Part shown: positions 35,831 to 48,547 of the stretch, piece by piece
Position numbering within the stretch: the stretch's first letter is position 1
Layout: every line of letters starts with the position of its first letter
Assembly (NCBI GenBank): GCA_030141605.1
Contig: JAQGDQ010000543.1
Span: 82,713-146,712, forward strand
DNA: 64,000 bases
Direction: 5' to 3'
From: Tubiluchus corallicola
Taxonomy: Eukaryota > Animalia > Priapulida
The notes under the pieces: model-generated
What the model saw: only the letters and a program-made list of their open reading frames with translations
Databases searched by the model: none
What the model was told of the DNA's origin: nothing
Translations under genes and position numbers: made by a program

Positions 35831-38800
35831 TGTAAAAATGTCCAAAGTATCGGCAGTAGAGTAACGCGGACTGCGCGGCTCGAGCCTGACTGTAGACTTC
35901 GCCGCAATGCCAAATGGCATGTTTTGTAGTATTCAACGGTACGCGAACCCTCGCAGCAGTAGTCGTACTTGTCGCGCAAGGTTTCCCATGTTGTCCTTCC
36001 TTTCTTTTGGAGGTTTGGCCACGGTGTTGCCACACAAGTGAACGGAAGTGGTGCTGACAAGCCACTGGCATAGCAGTGTCTAGTTTTTTTGCTGGATTAC
36101 TGCTACGTTTACCTGTCTGAAGGCAGATTTGTTTTATTTTAATTCTGCCTGCCCAATGTCTACAATAGATGTGACAGGTGTATGATGATGATGATGATGA
36201 TGATGACAAGTGAAACATCTATGCATGTCTTGAGTTCCTTCGCGAGTGCCTTTCTTACATCTTCCATTCTCCGTGCAGCCACCTCAGTTCTCTATAGTGT
36301 CCTTCTTGTTTCCAGCAAGCTTCTATTCTTGTTAACATGATTACAAGAACAAGAAAGACAACCGGCGTGGATTTATACATCTGTAACACTACAAAACAGT
36401 GGAATAATTATTGTAATCGTAATGTCAAGATTAAGTCAAACACGGGTATAAGGGACATTCGCTTCTATTCTTGTTAACATGATTACAAGAACGAGAAAGA
36501 CACCCGGTGTAGATTTATACATCTGTAACACTACAAAACAGTCGAATAATTATTGTAATCGTAATGTCAAGATTAAAGTCAAACACGGGTATAAGGGACA
36601 TTTGCTTCTATTCTTGTTAACATGATTACAAGAACGAGAAAGACAGCTAGTGTGGATTTATACATCTGTAACACTACAAAAGAGTCGAATAATTATTGTA
36701 ATCGTAATGTCAAGATTAAAGTCAAACACGGGTGTAAGGGACATTTGCTTCTATTCTTGTTAACATGATTACAAGAACGAGAAAGACAGCTAGTGTGGAT
36801 TTATACATCTGTAACACTACAAAACAGTGGAATAATTATTGTAATCGTAATGTCAAGATTAAAGTCAAACACGGGTGTAAGGGACATTTGCTTCTATTCT
36901 TGTTAACATGATTACAAGAACGAGAAAGACAGCTGGTGTGGATTTATACATCTGTAACATTACAAAAGAGTCGAATAATTATTGTAATCGTAATGTCAAG
37001 ATTAAGTCAAACACGGGTATAAGGGACATTCGCTTCTATTCTTGTTAACATGATTACAAGAACGAGAAAGACAGCTAGTGTGGATTTATACATCTGTAAC
37101 ACTACAAAAGAGTCGAATAATTATTGTAATCGTAATGTCAAGATTAAAGTCAAACACGGGTATAAGGGACATTCGCTTCTATTCTTGTTAACATGATTAC
37201 AAGAACGAGAAAGACAGCCGGCGTGGATTTATACATCTGTAACACTACAAAAGAGTCGAATAATTATTGTAATCGTAATGTCAAGATTAAAGTCAAACAC
37301 GGGTGTAAGGGACATTTGCTTCTATTCTTGTTAACATGATTACAAGAACGAGAAAGACAGCTAGTGTGGATTTATACATCTGTAACACTACAAAAGAGTC
37401 GAATAATTATTGTAATCGTAATGTCAAGATTAAAGTCAAACACGGGTATAAGGGACATTCGCTTCTATTCTTGTTAACATGATTACAAGAACGAGAAAGA
37501 CAGCCGGCGTGGATTTATACATCTGTAACACTACAAAACAGTCGAATAATTATTGTAATCGTAATGTCAAGATTAAAGTCAAACACGGGTATAAGGGACA
37601 TTCGCTTCTATTCTTGTTAACATGATTACAAGAACGAGAAAGACAGCTGGCGTAGATTTATACATCTGTAACACTACAAAACAGTGGAATAATTATTGTA
37701 ATCGTAATGTCAAGATTAAAGTCAAACACGGGTGTAAGGGACATTTGCTTCTATTCTTGTTAACATGATTACAAGAACGAGAAAGACAGCCGGTGTAGAT
37801 TTATACATCTGTAACACTACAAAACAGTCGAATAATTATTGTAATCGTAATGTCAAGATTAAAGTCAAACACGGGTGTAAGGGACATTTGCTTCTATTCT
37901 TGTTAACATGATTACAAGAACGAGAAAGACAGCCGGTGTGGATTTATACATCTGTAACACTACAAAACAGTCGAATAATTATTGTAATCGTAATGTAAAG
38001 ATTAAAGTCAAACACGGGTATAAGGGACATTTGCTTCTATTCTTGTTAACATGATTACAAGAACGAGAAAGACAGCCGGCGTGGATTTATACATCTGTAA
38101 CACTACAAAACAGTCGAATAATTATTGTAATCGTAATGTCAAGATTAAAGTCAAACACGGGTATAAGGGACATTCGCTTCTATTCTTGTTAACATGATTA
38201 CAAGAACGAGAAAGACAGCTGGCGTAGATTTATACATCTGTAACACTACAAAACAGTGGAATAATTATTGTAATCGTAATGTCAAGATTAAAGTCAAACA
38301 CGGGTGTAAGGGACATTTGCTTCTATTCTTGTTAACATGATTACAAGAACGAGAAAGACAGCCGGTGTAGATTTATACATCTGTAACACTACAAAACAGT
38401 CGAATAATTATTGTAATCGTAATGTCAAGATTAAAGTCAAACACGGGTGTAAGGGACATTTGCTGCTATTCTTGTTAACATGATTACAAGAACGAGAAAG
38501 ACAGCCGGTGTGGATTTATACATCTGTAACACTACAAAACAGTAGAATAATTATTGTAATCGTAATGTCAAGATTAAAGTCAAACACGGGTATAAGTGAC
38601 ATTCGCTTCTATTCTTGTTAACATGATTACAAGAACGAGAAAGACAGCCGGTGTGGATTTATACATCTGTAACACTACAAAACAGTCGAATAATTATTGT
38701 AATCGTAATGTCAAGATTAAAGTCAAACACGGGTGTAAGGGACATTTGCTTCTATTCTTGTTAACATGATTACAAGAACGAGAAAGACAGCCGGTGTGGA

Positions 38801-39146
38801 TTTATACATCTGTAACACTACAAAACAGTCGAATAATTATTGTAATCGTAATGTCAAGATTAAAGTCAAACACGGGTATAAGGAACATTCGCTTCTATTC
38901 TTGTTAACATGATCACAAGAACTAGAAAGACAGCTGGTGTGGATTTATACATCTGTAACACTACAAAACAGTGGAATAATTATTGTAATCGTAATGTCAA
39001 GATTAAAGTCAAACACGGGTATAACGTACTTGCTTGAAAGGGACCACCAACACCTGTCCCCATTTTCGTAACGTTTTTCCCCATGTAAAAATCTTCGTAT
39101 ATATATGATGAAATGTAAATGGTGAAACTGCAATGACGATCTTTGT
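35797..39146 (-). pseudogene. Cryptic or decayed gene: CUB-like fragment plus GPI-type C-terminus (exons about 39146-39030 and 36159-35797)
   Basis: Phase-compatible join AA|gtacgt...tag|A gives RYENGDRCWWSLSSKHWAGRIKIKQICLQ; the 3' part ends SLQSGSSRAVRVTLLPILWTFLHFLLHLFLQTR*. Requires frameshifts at homopolymers. Confidence 0.35.
36318..39023. repeat. 143-bp satellite, about 19 copies
   Basis: TTTGCTTCTATTCTTGTTAAC at 36601 and 36744 (period 143); units highly similar. Confidence 0.95.
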
Positions 39147-40123
39147 CTATTTTCCGAAGCACATTAAAAAGAGATTACGGAAGTTAACAAAATAGTGGAT
39201 TATTGTTTGGTATATCCCTTTTTTAAACATTTAAAATATTCAGATAAATAACGTAAATCACAAGATTTTCACACAATTGCAGTACTCGGCGTAATAATTA
39301 AAAAGTACCTGTGTTTTGTTTTCCTGGTATAACTATGTTCGATTGGCTTCGACAAAAAAACGAATTTCAATAAAAACCACTTTTCTGTACAGCAGACATT
39401 CGTTTCATAATGTCACGTCACATGATCACAACAATTCTATTCTATTCAAGTTTATTGCGCAAACGCACTTCATTTACAGAGTCCACTTGCAAATTCTCCA
39501 TTTTAACAAAATTAATGATAAAGAACATTATTCAAGAGCGCAAGTAAATGCAGATGGCTTAATTTAATACTAAATTGCAAACCATCAGCCGTATTAAAAG
39601 GAAGGAGTATGATTATAATCTTAAACTGTAACGACAGTGTAATTAACTAAAATGTTATTATAGTAAATTATCGCAGGTGTTTTTGATTTATTTTTAGTTC
39701 ACACGAATCTCACTTTATTATTGAAGCTCCGTCTGTTTTAGACGTTTGGCAGCATAGTAGTAATTCGTAAGCTTTGGTTAATTAAGCGTAGCGGATATTA
39801 GCCTACATTTTCTGGTAATGATACTTTACTTTAATGACATGTCTATAGGAGGGGCCAAGCATATAAATATGAAATTGTACTACCATTATACCTTTGACAA
39901 AGTGGTTATAGATTTTAGTTTGATATTTCAGGCGAATAGTGGACATTAATAAAACTCTTTTAGTTTTGAAAAGTTTGTAACACTTGAGAGCAAATTTTAA
40001 ATGCATGGTTGCTCTCCATAATATTAGACAGTGCAGAAAATTTCACACTATGATATTTCCTTCTAATTTCAGTAGTTAAGTTACAGTTCATTAATACCTG
40101 TTTTTCTGTTTGTATCTCTGCGC

Positions 40124-40299
40124 ATGTGCATAGTCTCTGGTTTCTCTGTTCACCGTCTCATGTACATAGCCTTCAGTTTCTCTGTTCACCGTCTCATGTA
40201 CATAGCCTTCAGTTTCTCTGTTCACCGTCTCATGTGCATAGTCTTTAGTTCCTCTGTTCCACGTCTCATGTACATAGTCTTTAGTTTCTCTGTTCACCG
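40124..40299. repeat. 36-bp minisatellite x5
   Basis: CATGTACATAGCCTTCAGTTTCTCTGTTCACCGTCT unit. Confidence 0.85.
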
Positions 40300-42497
40300 C
40301 CCCATCTATCGGTCTCTTAAGCGATGTGCTTGTAGCCTTAGTCGAGAGAAAGCTATACGGTATTTTTCTGTAGTAATCTCTGATATGTTTGGGGTTTTCA
40401 AGTCCGGGTTAAATTCAGTGACGTGCTTATTATGTTTGTAAATATTAATATTAGAACTTCAAAATTTGTTGGAGAAAACGGCCAAGAACGTAGTGCGACC
40501 TATTTTCAGTAGTGATTTAAACACATCGCAAAATTTGGTATTAATAAATCATAAGTCATTTATTTCACGTAACACATTTACAATGGTTTCACGTACAATA
40601 TATAGTGAAAGGGCCTACAATGAACACAAATGAGTTTTTATTGTTTCTGCACAAGAAAAGCCTCAAACACTGTTCACCTATGTACAAATGTAAATGTGTT
40701 GCGGGCAATCAAAAAGCAGGGCTTGTTAGATTTGTCACACACAGTGAAAGAAAAAAAGTAATGAAAATAATCTGAAAATTATGAAGTGAATCATGTGATA
40801 AAGAAAACATTTAGTGCTTCAGAATGGAATGACGTGATGGATGAAGCTCATATATGAGAATAATTTCATTCACCTGGTTTTAGTCATCATCTGAACACCT
40901 GGGTAAAGGTTGTCATAGCAGTCATCATTTATTTTAGTAATTTTTATAATTATTGTACTGGACAGTGCTGCCCTCTGAGGCCAGCAGGCAGTTGCCTCAA
41001 CTTGCCTGTCAGGTTGATGACTTTAGGTACCTGGCTTTGTGAAATGCTGCAGACACTTGGTCTATGATATGTTGGGTCTGGTCACATGAAATTTACAGAT
41101 TTGTGTCTTGTTAACTGAATTATTATTTCCTGCTGTCTGCAGTTGCAATTGGTGTTTATTGTCTGTCACAGTTTTCTAATGGTGCTCTAATGTTTGGGCA
41201 AGGATGTACTGAAATTAACTGTATATGTGAAATGTTACTTTATGTAATTTGTTTGTGTATGTATTAATTTGAAGTTATTATATTCATAAAATATGTAAAA
41301 TATGCTGCAATTTATTTATTTACATTTCTATATTGTTAATAGAATAAACAACTAATGTACACACTTATGTCTGGACTTGATGTTTGGATTAGAGTGTTTG
41401 AGCATTCTTGTTCATTCTTGATGAAATGGGTCATGCATGCTACAATTATAATTATATATCCATACATATATATATATATATATATATACATATATAGAAG
41501 TCAAACTTACATCTTTGCCACATCTTACTAACTTGCTAAAGAGAATTTTGCTATGACAAAATTTTGTGATAAAACGACGTGACGTACTAAACAAGAATGA
41601 CTTCTTTCCTATCCTGTCTCCAAAATGAGGTCAATGGCCTATTTCCTTTCCTAGCTCACCTGTCTATCAACAGCCTAAATTTGCAAAAAACAAACACGAG
41701 GAGGCACCACGTGCTTATATCCAAAACACCCGCAATACTGTCCGATGGCGCTGTTACGTGACGTCATACACGCACAATGTAAATCAGGGGAAGAAAACGA
41801 AATGTTAAATTGTGTCCCAAAAAACTTTCCATGCAAAGTTATATTACTTAGTATTTCACTTACCTACTGGAAAGACTATCTATATAAAGAAAAAATATAT
41901 ATATACCACCTAAATTATCCTTTGATTGATATTTTGATATTTTTTAATAGTTTTTACCTTAGTTCACTCATTGAAATTGACATTGTCATTCTACTTGATT
42001 TTTTCTCTCACTTTTTTCGATTTTTCTCAATTTCTCAATTTTTTCTACTTTAAACACTAATTGCTTAAAGACGTGCGCGTCATCATCAATTTTTACATTC
42101 TGAATACATTATATTTTTAACTGCTTTTCGTTACAGGTGCTGTTGACCCTGGAGGGTGAGTCAGCGACATTTTACCAATTGGCACGAACATTTTAAATTA
42201 TTATTCCTGGTTACATAAGAATTTCCAGCAGCTAAGCGAAATACTAAGTAATATAACTTTGCATATAACATTTGTTTTCTTCCCGTGATTTATATTGTGC
42301 GTGTATGACGTCACGTAACAGCGCCATTGGAACAGTAGTGCGGGAAATTTAAAATGAAAACAAACAAAAAATCCTTTTAACGCCAGTGCGGTATAAAAAT
42401 AAAATTGCTGTAAAGTAATATAATTTTTTCAGGGGATTTTTTTCAAACCTACTTCAGGTACCCTCTTCTTGTATTTGGCAAAATATTAACGTTAGAT

Positions 42498-42552
<55 letters not shown>

Positions 42553-43375
42553 GTATGTGTATGTGTATGTGTATGTATATGTGTATGTGTATGTGTATGT
42601 GTATGTGTGTGTGTGTTTGTGTGTGCGTGCGTGCGTGCATGTGTGTGTGGTGTGACAAGTATACTTACACATAGTTTATTTGATACACTAGTCTGACTTG
42701 GGACTCAATATTTTCCATAAATAAATAATTAGTACGTTACATGTTGTTGCGTGTCATGTCATGGTGTCAGTAACTCCAGTATGTTATGTTATGATTATTG
42801 TGTTACAGTTTATCACCATCAGGGGTCATCGCCGCCGTCATCGTCGTCGTCAATACCATACTCTTTCAGCATTGGTGAAAACAACCAAGATTTAGGCCTA
42901 GTTACCATGTTTGAGCTTACTGTGATTCACGAAAATCAATTTTAAATTGAATTGTGTAAACAGTTGTTGACCATGTTCAATTCTCACATATTTAATTTTA
43001 ACGTAAAGGATTAACAACTTGATAGTAAACGAAACAATAAGTGAGTAAGTCAGTGAGTCAGTCAGTGAATAAAGCTTTGTTAAAATGTTTTATCGTTTGT
43101 GAATACATTTGTCTGGAATACAATAACTTAATCACGCATGTTTTAAACATTGAAAGTTTTCACTTCTTCAAGCAGTCAAAGGGTTAAAAGCAATGATAAA
43201 TTACAAAAATTACATGAGTGTAAATAATCACACAGTACGTACAAGAGTCAATCAGTCAGTCAGTCAGTTGGTTAATCAGCTGTTTGAAAATAATCGGGCA
43301 TCTAGCCAGCCTGTTATTATTCAGCCAACCAGCTAGTCAAGCAGCCTACATGGCAATAATTTGGCCTGTTAGTAG

Positions 43376-44326
43376 TTATTCATTCATTCATTCGTTCGTT
43401 CGTTCATTCATTCATTCATTTATTCATCCATTCATTCATCCATCCATCCATCCATCCATCCATTCATTCATTCATTCATTCATTCATCCATTCATTCATT
43501 CATTCATCCATCCATCCATCCATTCATCCATCCATCCATCCATTCATTCATTCATTCATTCATCCATCCATCCATTCATTCATTCATCCATCCATCCATC
43601 CATCCATCCATCCATCCATCCATCCATCCATCCATCCATCCATCCATCCATCCATCCATCCATCCATCCATCCATCCATCCATCCATCCATTCATTCAGT
43701 CATTCATTCATTCATTCATCCATCCATCCATCCATCCATCCATCCATCCATCCATCCATCCATCCATCCATCCATCCATCCATCCATCCATCCATCCATC
43801 CATCCATCCTTCCATTCATTCATTCATTCATTCATTCATTCATTCATTCATTCATTCATTCATTCATTCATTCATTCATTCATTCATTCATTCGTTCATT
43901 CATTCATCCATTCATTCATTCATTCATTCATCCATTCATTCATTCATCCATCCATCCATTCATTCATTCATTCATTCATTCATCCATCCATTCATTCATT
44001 CATTCATCTATCCATCCATCCATCCATCCATCCATTCATTCATTCATTCATTCATTCATTCATTCATCCATCCATCCATCCATCCATCCATTCATTCATT
44101 CATTCATTCATTCATTCATTCATTTATTCATCCATTCATTCATTTATTCATCCATTCATTCATTCATTCATTCATTTATTCATCCATTCATTCATTTATT
44201 CATCCATTCATTCATTCATTCATTCATTCATTTATTCATCCATTCATTCATTCATTCATTCATTCATTTATTCATCCATTCATTCATTCATCCATTCATT
44301 CGTTCATTCATTCATTCAGTCATTCA
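43376..44326. repeat. (CATT/CATC)n microsatellite
   Basis: Tetranucleotide array; source of the spurious 379-aa [11 protein letters not shown]. Confidence 0.95.
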
Positions 44327-44366
44327 TGCAGCCGGTCAGCAGGAATCGATGCAGTCCTCAATCAAT

Positions 44367-45089
44367 TACTGGCGGCCCGTAGCTAAAATTGGGGGAAGGG
44401 ATGCTGCTTCAGAAATTTTTTAGCCATTGTTTTAATACTGTGTAAAATGAAATAAACATAATTATGTAATATTAATGTTTGTAATTTGTAATGGAAATGT
44501 TAAACAAAAACATACAATAAATGCATACATACAACATACATAAACTTCATAAAGTACTAAACGAAAAATATTTTTTGCTTACTAACAGCTAAAATTGTCG
44601 CAGTTCAAGCTTGACCCATTGATGATAAGCAAGTGACAAGTGACAGCAAACTGTGTGAGTGACAGTAGTTTCCCTACCTAGCAGCAGACTCTAGCAGTGC
44701 AGAGTACATGATGTTATCTCAGACATGTGTGCATGACCGCATGCGCACAACAGCCAAAACTGTGCTCTGGTTCCGTACAATTATAAAGAAAGAACTAAAG
44801 AAAAAAGACTTATTATATTGAATATTATCGATAATGTGAAGTGAAAATAGGGGGCGCTGCAGTTCCACACAGTACTTTCTCTAACTGGACTCAGACATGC
44901 GCACAACAGCCAAACACCGCATTGCTAGAGCTGTGAAGCAAACAGTACTACCCTCACGTGCTCTGGTTCCGTACAAGTATAAAGAAAGAACTAAAGAAAA
45001 AAGACTTATTATATTGAATATTATCGATAATATGGAGTGAAAATAGGGGGCGCTGCAGTTCCACGGTACCTACACACAAGCCGCCATTG
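44367..45089. mobile_element. hAT-like MITE just downstream of the FoxH1 stop codon
   Basis: Termini TACTGGCGGC...GCCGCCATTG (degenerate CAGTGGCGG) with 8-bp TSD CAATCAAT/CAATCAAC; relative at about 18160-18943, fragment at about 3750-3800. Confidence 0.72.
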
Positions 45090-45138
45090 CAATCAACTGT
45101 TACAGCTCATCAGTCAGCAATCAATTATGTCACGTGAT

Positions 45139-45705
45139 CTAATAATAACAAATTGGCTTTGATTGCAGTGGGACGCCCTTATTATACGCATACTCGTGAT
45201 TTGAGTAAAGGGGGGACAAACATTGTTCGTATTGTAAATACGGCGAGAGCAAATCCATCGATTCCAAAGAATACGCATTATCGTAATGACTTTGACGATG
45301 CGAATGTAGAGGGCGTGGTAGAGTCGCCGCCAGAGGGTGCTGAAGGTGATCATGACGACACAACAACTGCCAGTTGCAATTCACACGGTGGTGACCGTCA
45401 CCTTCTCTCGTCGGAGATCGGGTCCTGACGGGTTTCTTGGGTTCGGCATCTTTTCGGAGGATGCTGTCAATGGAAAACGTGATGCCGGATTTGGGGACGG
45501 TCGTCGCGTCGCAGGAGGTGCTGGGTGGCACGTCTTTGGGCGCGTGCGGAATGTGGTACTGTGGGCTGGAATAGTTGCCGGACAATCTCTTGCTGATTTC
45601 CGTCAAGAGGTCCTTCTCGTAGTGACCTTCCCTGGATTCTTTGGTGTCCTGGCGTTTGAAGGCGTCCACTGGTACTTTGGACATGTCCACTGTCCAGTAA
45701 TTTCC
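45139..45705 (-). CDS. FOXH1: FoxH1-type transcription factor last exon with EH1 motif
   Basis: ctgcag acceptor; GNYWTVDMSKVPVDAFKRQDT parallels the FoxH1 wing region (GNFW-x-VDVS-x-IP...RQNT); FSIDSIL EH1 motif at 45457-45477; TAG stop. Confidence 0.88.
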   Translation of the reverse strand, partial: GNYWTVDMSKVPVDAFKRQDTKESREGHYEKDLLTEISKRLSGNYSSPQYHIPHAPKDVPPSTSCDATTVPKSGITFSIDSILRKDAEPKKPVRTRSPTREGDGHHRVNCNWQLLCRHDHLQHPLAATLPRPLHSHRQSHYDNAYSLESMDLLSPYLQYEQCLSPLYSNHEYAYNKGVPLQSKPICYY

Positions 45706-46167
45706 CTGCAGTTAAAAAGTCTTTAAGTAACGATGACGCGAAACGACAGTTAAACACATAAACGCAAAAAAACAATACTAAATCAGAAAATCTGAAAAGT
45801 TTTGAGCCTCCGCCGTGACTCGAACCCGGGGCTTTTGCTTTCCGAAACACCAGCCACTACACCACAGAGCACGCTATTTTTCAGGCCTAGAAATTTATTT
45901 TATAACCCACTGTAGAGGTCTCAACTAAAAACTTAAATTGCTGAAAAGAAACGAAATGTGAATCAATCATTGCCAGGCCTGGATTTGAACGAGGGACCTT
46001 TGGATTACAAGTCCAGTCTCATGACCGATAGGCTGAACAGTGTATTCTAACCATGGCAGGTTCTAATTACAATAGTTCACTAACCAAGTCCCTGTTCTCA
46101 AGTGTTACCTTACAGAGTACTTACAATAGATAGATAATTACAATGTGCTTAGACTATATTTGTATGG

Positions 46168-46260
46168 TTTTCGGTGGTCACCCATCCAACTACTGATTCA
46201 ATATTGCTTAACTTTCGCCGGAAAACACGCACCGTGACCATGTAGCTCTACGAACACCGC
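46168..46260 (-). mobile_element. Degenerate 5S-promoter-containing SINE fragment in FoxH1 intron
   Basis: Minus strand reads GAAAGTTAAGCA...AGTAGTTGGATGGGTGACC (5S internal control region). A similar fragment is on + at about 46945-46995. Confidence 0.55.
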
Positions 46261-46302
46261 TTTTCACTTGAAAAGCAGAATAACTTTACAAATTTTACCA
46301 AC

Positions 46303-46473
46303 CTTTGCATTTGGTCTACAATCGTCTTTCAACAATTTCTTGAAGCATCTGTTCAGTGAGAGGTTATGTCTGACGGAATCCTTCCAACCGCCATAACCGG
46401 AAGAGAAGAACGGGAACATCTTTTCCAGCTCTCGATGAATACCGGACAGTGTGAGACGAGTGTTTGGTGAACT
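46303..46473 (-). CDS. FOXH1: FoxH1-type forkhead domain, middle exon
   Basis: tttcag acceptor, AAG|gttggt donor, 171 nt, phase 0; [27 protein letters not shown]...PNAK resembles FoxH1 (FPFF...Y-x-GWKDS-x-RHNLS...P-x-AK). Confidence 0.9.
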
Positions 46474-46534
46474 CTGAAACAGTGTCAATGGTTTTATTAA
46501 GTGTAGGCTTATAGTCATTACACTTACTGTTCGT

Positions 46535-46786
46535 TAATAATGATGATGATGATGACGACGCCGACGACGATGACGATGATGATGATAGCAACAACAACAA
46601 CAATGACAAGAAGAAGAAGAACAACAACAAGCACAACAACAACAACAACAGCAACAACAACAAACAACCACAACAACAACAACAACAATAACAACAACAA
46701 TAACAACAACAACAACAACAGCAACATCAACAGCAATAACAGCAACAGCAATAACAGCAACAGCAGCAACAACAACAACAACAGTG

Positions 46787-46840
<54 letters not shown>

Positions 46841-46860
46841 GCAACAATAATAATAATAAA
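46535..46860. repeat. (GAT)n/(AAC)n microsatellite in FoxH1 intron
   Basis: Direct inspection. Confidence 0.9.
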
Positions 46861-48547
46861 ATCTTGATATGTGTGCATCTTTCCATTCATGTTTTTTCGT
46901 CAGCTGCTAAGTTACTTAGCTTTTCAGCCAACTGAAGCTCTAAAACACAGCAGTTAAGCAAAGCCGAAGATGGTTACTAAGTGGGTGGGCGACCAGTAGT
47001 GGTGAAATTCCTCGTGACCGTTTCAACTTTTTTCTTGGTTGAACGCCAGTGACAGAACTTGAGAGAGACACTTTACATGTTCGTTGTCGTATTCCAGAGG
47101 ATCATTTTTGATACCGGTACTGCCACAAACGCCTACATTAACTTTGGTCTTTATACCCGCGTCTACGGGTAAAAGGGGTGCAAAATGGAGGCTCTCTTTT
47201 CAATAAACTTACTAAATTGACGAACTTGTGTACAGAAACGCTTGCACAAATCAAAACTGTCCACAACTGTTCAACACTGTACACATTCAAATCTTTATAC
47301 GCCGCTGGACATTGGTCAAGGAATGCCCGTTAGCACATTCCCGGAGACAGCTTCCCATTTCGCGTGTCCGCGCGAGGTGGACAGGCGAGCGCACGATCCG
47401 GTTAACGTCAAATGAGTAGCGTCACGCAGCGTTAATTAGCTAATTACGCTAATGAGCGGGCTGCATGTTTGTTGAGATAAAGCTCATCTTCGTGAAAGGA
47501 TGATGAAAAGTGGTGGTCTCTAAGATGAGAGGCTGATAGTGATGACGATGATGATGATGACGATGACGACGACGACGACGACGACGACGATGATGATGAT
47601 GATAATGATGACGAAAAGTGGTGGTCTCTAAGATGAGAGGCTGATAGTTATGACGATGATGATGATGACAACGACGACGACGGCGATGATGATGATGATG
47701 ATGATAATGATGACGAAAAGTGGTGGTCTCTAAGATGAGAGGCTGATAGTTATGATGATGATGACGACGACGACGACGACGACGACGATGATGATGATGA
47801 TGACGATGATAATGGTGATGATAGCAAAATGTGAACACATGTGATAAACATTTATTACATGCTAAGGTTATACTAGATAATTATAATAATTTTGCTTTTT
47901 TGTATTAAAGAAAGACAGGATGATTTTTCACATACTACCCCATTTTCAAATCCGATAAAAAGTATACATTTTAACACAACTTTGCTGCAAAAGCGTTTCT
48001 GATGATTAAATAATAAATTAAAAACTTAATTAACTTAATTACTTCAATTAATTGAAGTAGAATTTGTGCAATGGTACGCATCTTCCCTGTGCGTCAAGCA
48101 CGTTTGTGTAAGCGAAGATTGGTGAATTAAAATAAGATGCTGATGTGATGTCACAAAAATGAGTTCTACTTCATATGATGTCAGAAACTAACACTGGCAT
48201 TCATGATCATTGTTATCACGGTACCGCGCCTATTTGTCGGCCACGCAAATGCAACAAAAGGCCGCCGCTGCCAATCTTATTAGATTCACTGAGACGCTCG
48301 AAGCTTTGAAAGTTTAACGAAATCCGAGGTAATTATTATTTAATCTAAGGTTTGATTTAAAAAAAGCTAATGTAGTTTTCAATATTTTAGAGCAATCTTT
48401 ATTCTGAACTCGTGTTTACACAATCATCCGGTTTTCCTTTAAACAACTAGCCCTCAATTAGTCTGTTTTTTAATGACACAAACTTTTTAAAATCAAAAAA
48501 CCCATTTTCATTGATATTAATTGAAATATTAATAAAACTCAACGTAC

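Noticed and set aside
36318-39023. CRISPR-like appearance of regular repeats (also 24355-25891 and 47500-47822)
   Set aside because: No unique spacers, no cas genes, eukaryotic context; these are tandem satellites.
43284-44423. 379-aa [11 protein letters not shown]
   Set aside because: Translation of a (CATT/CATC)n microsatellite.
45970-46040. Functional tRNA genes here, at 2763-2838 and at 45805-45870
   Set aside because: A/B boxes present but acceptor and D stems do not pair properly; SINE-like relics.
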